Source: Anolis carolinensis (lineage: Eukaryota). Taken from it: a stretch of DNA of 64,000 nucleotides. How positions within the stretch are numbered: position 1 is the first letter of the stretch; every line of letters begins with the position of its first letter. The stretch lies in contig NC_085844.1 of NCBI RefSeq assembly GCF_035594765.1, positions 182,048,107-182,112,106 on the forward strand. The letters run 5' to 3'. The notes below the pieces were generated by a model. That model ran no database searches, had not been told where the DNA came from, and saw only the letters and a program-made list of their open reading frames with translations. Positions 62,601 to 64,000 of the stretch are shown piece by piece. The position numbers and the translations under genes are program-made.

Positions 62601-63879
62601 AAACAAGATGCACCCACCATCGTCGTTGGACTCCAATCAAGCACAGGTGCTTAAAGGTGGACGTCCTACACTTGTGCGCAGTTGCCTAAGTCATATCTCG
62701 GTCTACTGCCAAGCAATAACTCCAGAGTATTCCTCCATCTTCAAAGTCTCTGAGAGAGACGAAGCCACAGCGCTCTCGAAAGATGAGCAAAGGTTTTCGG
62801 ACATTATGAATGCTCAAGTCTCACGAAGTGCAGAGGTGAAAGCCTGCAAATCAACCACAGAAATCAAGATGGGCCAAAGATCTTGCCTGGAACCACACCG
62901 TTTTGAACGTTTTTCGGAGTGGCACAGTCTTCTTAGAGCAGTTGCTAGGCTTATACATCGCTTAGTCTGCAAAGATAGTCAGCCTTTGCAAGTTCAGGAC
63001 ATGTTGAAGGCTAAGGGAGTAATATTCAGGTCAGTTCAGAGGCATGAATTTAGTCTAGAAATAGCCAGGTTAGAACAAGGGCTTGACACCCCCAGTCGGA
63101 GTTTCTTGCGTGAGTTAAACCCATTTCTAGGCAAGGAGGGTATTTTGAGAGTTGGAGGAAGGTTAGCCAAAGCTAAACTCAAGGCGTGCATAAAAAACCC
63201 CATCATCATACCCCCTAATAGTCACACTGCATTGCTGCTCGTTCGGCATCACCATGAAAGGATCCATCATCAGGGTAGAACTCTGACTGAGGCGACCCTT
63301 AGAAATGAAGGCCTGTGGGTGGTAAATGCTAAAAGTTTGGTCAGCAGTGTTATTTTTAAGTGTGTCAAATGTCGGCGACTCAGACGTAACTGTCAAAGTC
63401 AGTTAATGGCAGAACTACCTCAGGATAGGACTTTGACAGACCCACCCCTTTCCCATGTGGGAATCGATGTGTTTGGTCCTTGGGAGGTTGTCACTAGGAA
63501 AACCAGGGGTGGTGTTGTAAATAACAAAAGATGTGCGGTTTTGTTTACTTGTTTGTCAGTACGAGCTGTCCATATAGAGGTTGCAGAGGGAATGGACACT
63601 TCATCATTCATAAACGCATTGAAAAGGTTCATAGCCCTCAGAGGGCCAATTAAGTCAATTTGGTCGGACTGTGGCACCAATTTTGCATGTGCAGACCTTA
63701 GCCAACCACTTCTGGAAGAGGTGGAAGGCCGAATACTTAAGCCAGCTTCCAACCAGAAGACTCTGGCAAACCCCAAAGGACAATTTCAAGGCGGGAAACC
63801 TTGTGTTGCTAAAGGACAAAGACTTGCCCCGCTATGCCTGGCCTATGGGCATTACACTAAAGACCTTTCCTTGCCCTGA
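59638..63879 (+). CDS. BEL/Pao Gag-protease-(RT/RNase H deleted)-partial integrase polyprotein
   Basis: Gag core FSDKPEEFLLWKATF; three Cys/His knuckles (CPIHQKPHSLANC, CFRCCGATLHFASNC, CARCNSLKHCTAMH); aspartic protease LDSQS and LLLGSD; integrase HHCC (HHHERIHHQG...CVKC), GIDVFGP and SDCGTNF. No YVDD or other RT motif. Confidence 0.9.
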   Translation: MSMQFQDDTDGIPPSEAESRNERPQRIKHPSAKMLAHLIDEKELLHVRLGSAWERIVTLMDRIESLGITRVPAILQTDLEEAFGLWRGLVSKIVQVLERINAKDSELEIGSVLADTNEKENRVRAILASLCSHETNLLKSPAVALSLKSNRSSQVSKLRERASSKHSHSSKSSAAGSAISSLAALHIKEAARLELKSKVAGAEADAKAADLTLPFKEEEQRLQIEQARRQSEMQMEQARRQSEMQMEQAQRQSEMQMEQAQRQSEMQIEQARRQSEMQIEQARIEMLRIKMDAAAKRVRAETLAKALIEPLTEENVSQLPIQDPSAKVFAHLGSMYSQFSDEEQGDFSPYPEQGPKVTFEFPAEQSVIAGSSPLLELPVPPAKTLGQSIRASRPSASWPLQTAAQGTIDSSVVDVIPPRGQRLTQGTRWESTPQQQTPQLFPSTPESQLVSIIRSPRRDLKDKGVEKFSDKPEEFLLWKATFQRAIRDLKLLPEEELTLLAAWLGPASSSQVKKIYAAHVADPDKALEKAWARLQQRYGASTEIEASLMDKLQRFPALKLKDFKLLWDLSDLLAELESAKENPELPGLKCLDQHLSQRQILTKLPFTLQERWGQEVFNYKEAHSQAYPPFSHLVQFITRAARERNDPQTGLPTLYQGTQPEKAPEVDKKPSREAKRPVSVRAVETQHRANESKSEVKEVLCPIHQKPHSLANCREFGKKPYKERQQIVQKLGICFRCCGATLHFASNCKEDVKCARCNSLKHCTAMHNSDAVSHAKGDTFSKEGSSTEATNMQAASRMQEDAPSVACTELCSNVHQFRVCHPICLADVYPAKSPWLRKRLYVALDSQSDASLATPEFFRMFDLKTKMVDYTMTTCAGKKKLQGRIASGFVVSSCDQKRQFKLPDLIECSSIPRNKKQIVTREVVEAHPHLRRLKNAILAFRPDVDIALLLGSDCPSLFCVNDQVKGPPGAPIAQQLPLGWTVIGPVCINKMHPPSSLDSNQAQVLKGGRPTLVRSCLSHISVYCQAITPEYSSIFKVSERDEATALSKDEQRFSDIMNAQVSRSAEVKACKSTTEIKMGQRSCLEPHRFERFSEWHSLLRAVARLIHRLVCKDSQPLQVQDMLKAKGVIFRSVQRHEFSLEIARLEQGLDTPSRSFLRELNPFLGKEGILRVGGRLAKAKLKACIKNPIIIPPNSHTALLLVRHHHERIHHQGRTLTEATLRNEGLWVVNAKSLVSSVIFKCVKCRRLRRNCQSQLMAELPQDRTLTDPPLSHVGIDVFGPWEVVTRKTRGGVVNNKRCAVLFTCLSVRAVHIEVAEGMDTSSFINALKRFIALRGPIKSIWSDCGTNFACADLSQPLLEEVEGRILKPASNQKTLANPKGQFQGGKPCVAKGQRLAPLCLAYGHYTKDLSLP
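60302..60489 (+). repeat. 33-bp coding tandem repeat (11-aa EQARRQSEMQM), about 5.6 copies
   Basis: Seen in both the DNA and the translation. Confidence 0.95.
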
Positions 63880-63982
63880 CGGTAAGGTTAGAAAAGTTCA
63901 AGTAAAGACTCATAGTAAGGACAAAATGTCTGTCCTGGACAGACCAATTAGTGACCTCGTGTTGCTTATTGGAGATGTTTAA
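63686..63982 (+). pseudogene. BEL/Pao integrase C-terminal domain, out of frame with the main ORF
   Basis: VQTLANHFWKRWKAEYLSQL...NFKAGNLVLLKD...WPMG...DGKVRKVQVKT...RPISDLVLL is the characteristic BEL terminal domain (DUF5641-like). Confidence 0.85.
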
Positions 63983-64000
63983 AGTTCTAGTGTTTGTATT

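Larger units (their letters stand above)
57924..64000 (+). mobile_element. BEL/Pao (Suzu/Sinbad-like) LTR retrotransposon, internally deleted; 3' LTR outside window
   Basis: 5' LTR, CpG-rich leader with tandem repeats, gag-protease-partial integrase ORF and BEL-type integrase C-terminal domain. Confidence 0.9.

Overview
This is eukaryotic, repeat-rich, AT-rich DNA from a squamate reptile. The repeat set (Sauria-type and 5S-derived SINEs, BovB/RTE, CR1, L2, Vingi, Penelope, hAT and Tc1 MITEs, Helitron) points to an Anolis-like lizard. The only host gene I can support is TMEM275 (single coding exon, 39809..40357, +), with a possible non-coding first exon at about 23.6-24.2 kb. The right end holds a young BEL/Pao LTR retrotransposon whose 1413-aa ORF encodes Gag, protease and part of integrase but lacks RT and RNase H through an in-frame deletion. 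The most interesting signals are: (1) two unrelated solo LTRs (18559..19763, 34729..35619) whose U3 is an open frame starting at the same TGTG-ATG edge and encoding host-chromatin-like short motifs, namely tandem JPO2/IWS1-like TND/LEDGF-binding FxGF motifs in one and an HMGN-like RRSxRL motif in the other; (2) HDV-like ribozyme folds in two Vingi-related leaders, one of them inverted inside a single TSD-bounded insertion. Family names come from sequence recognition only, with no database search, and repeat boundaries without TSDs are approximate.
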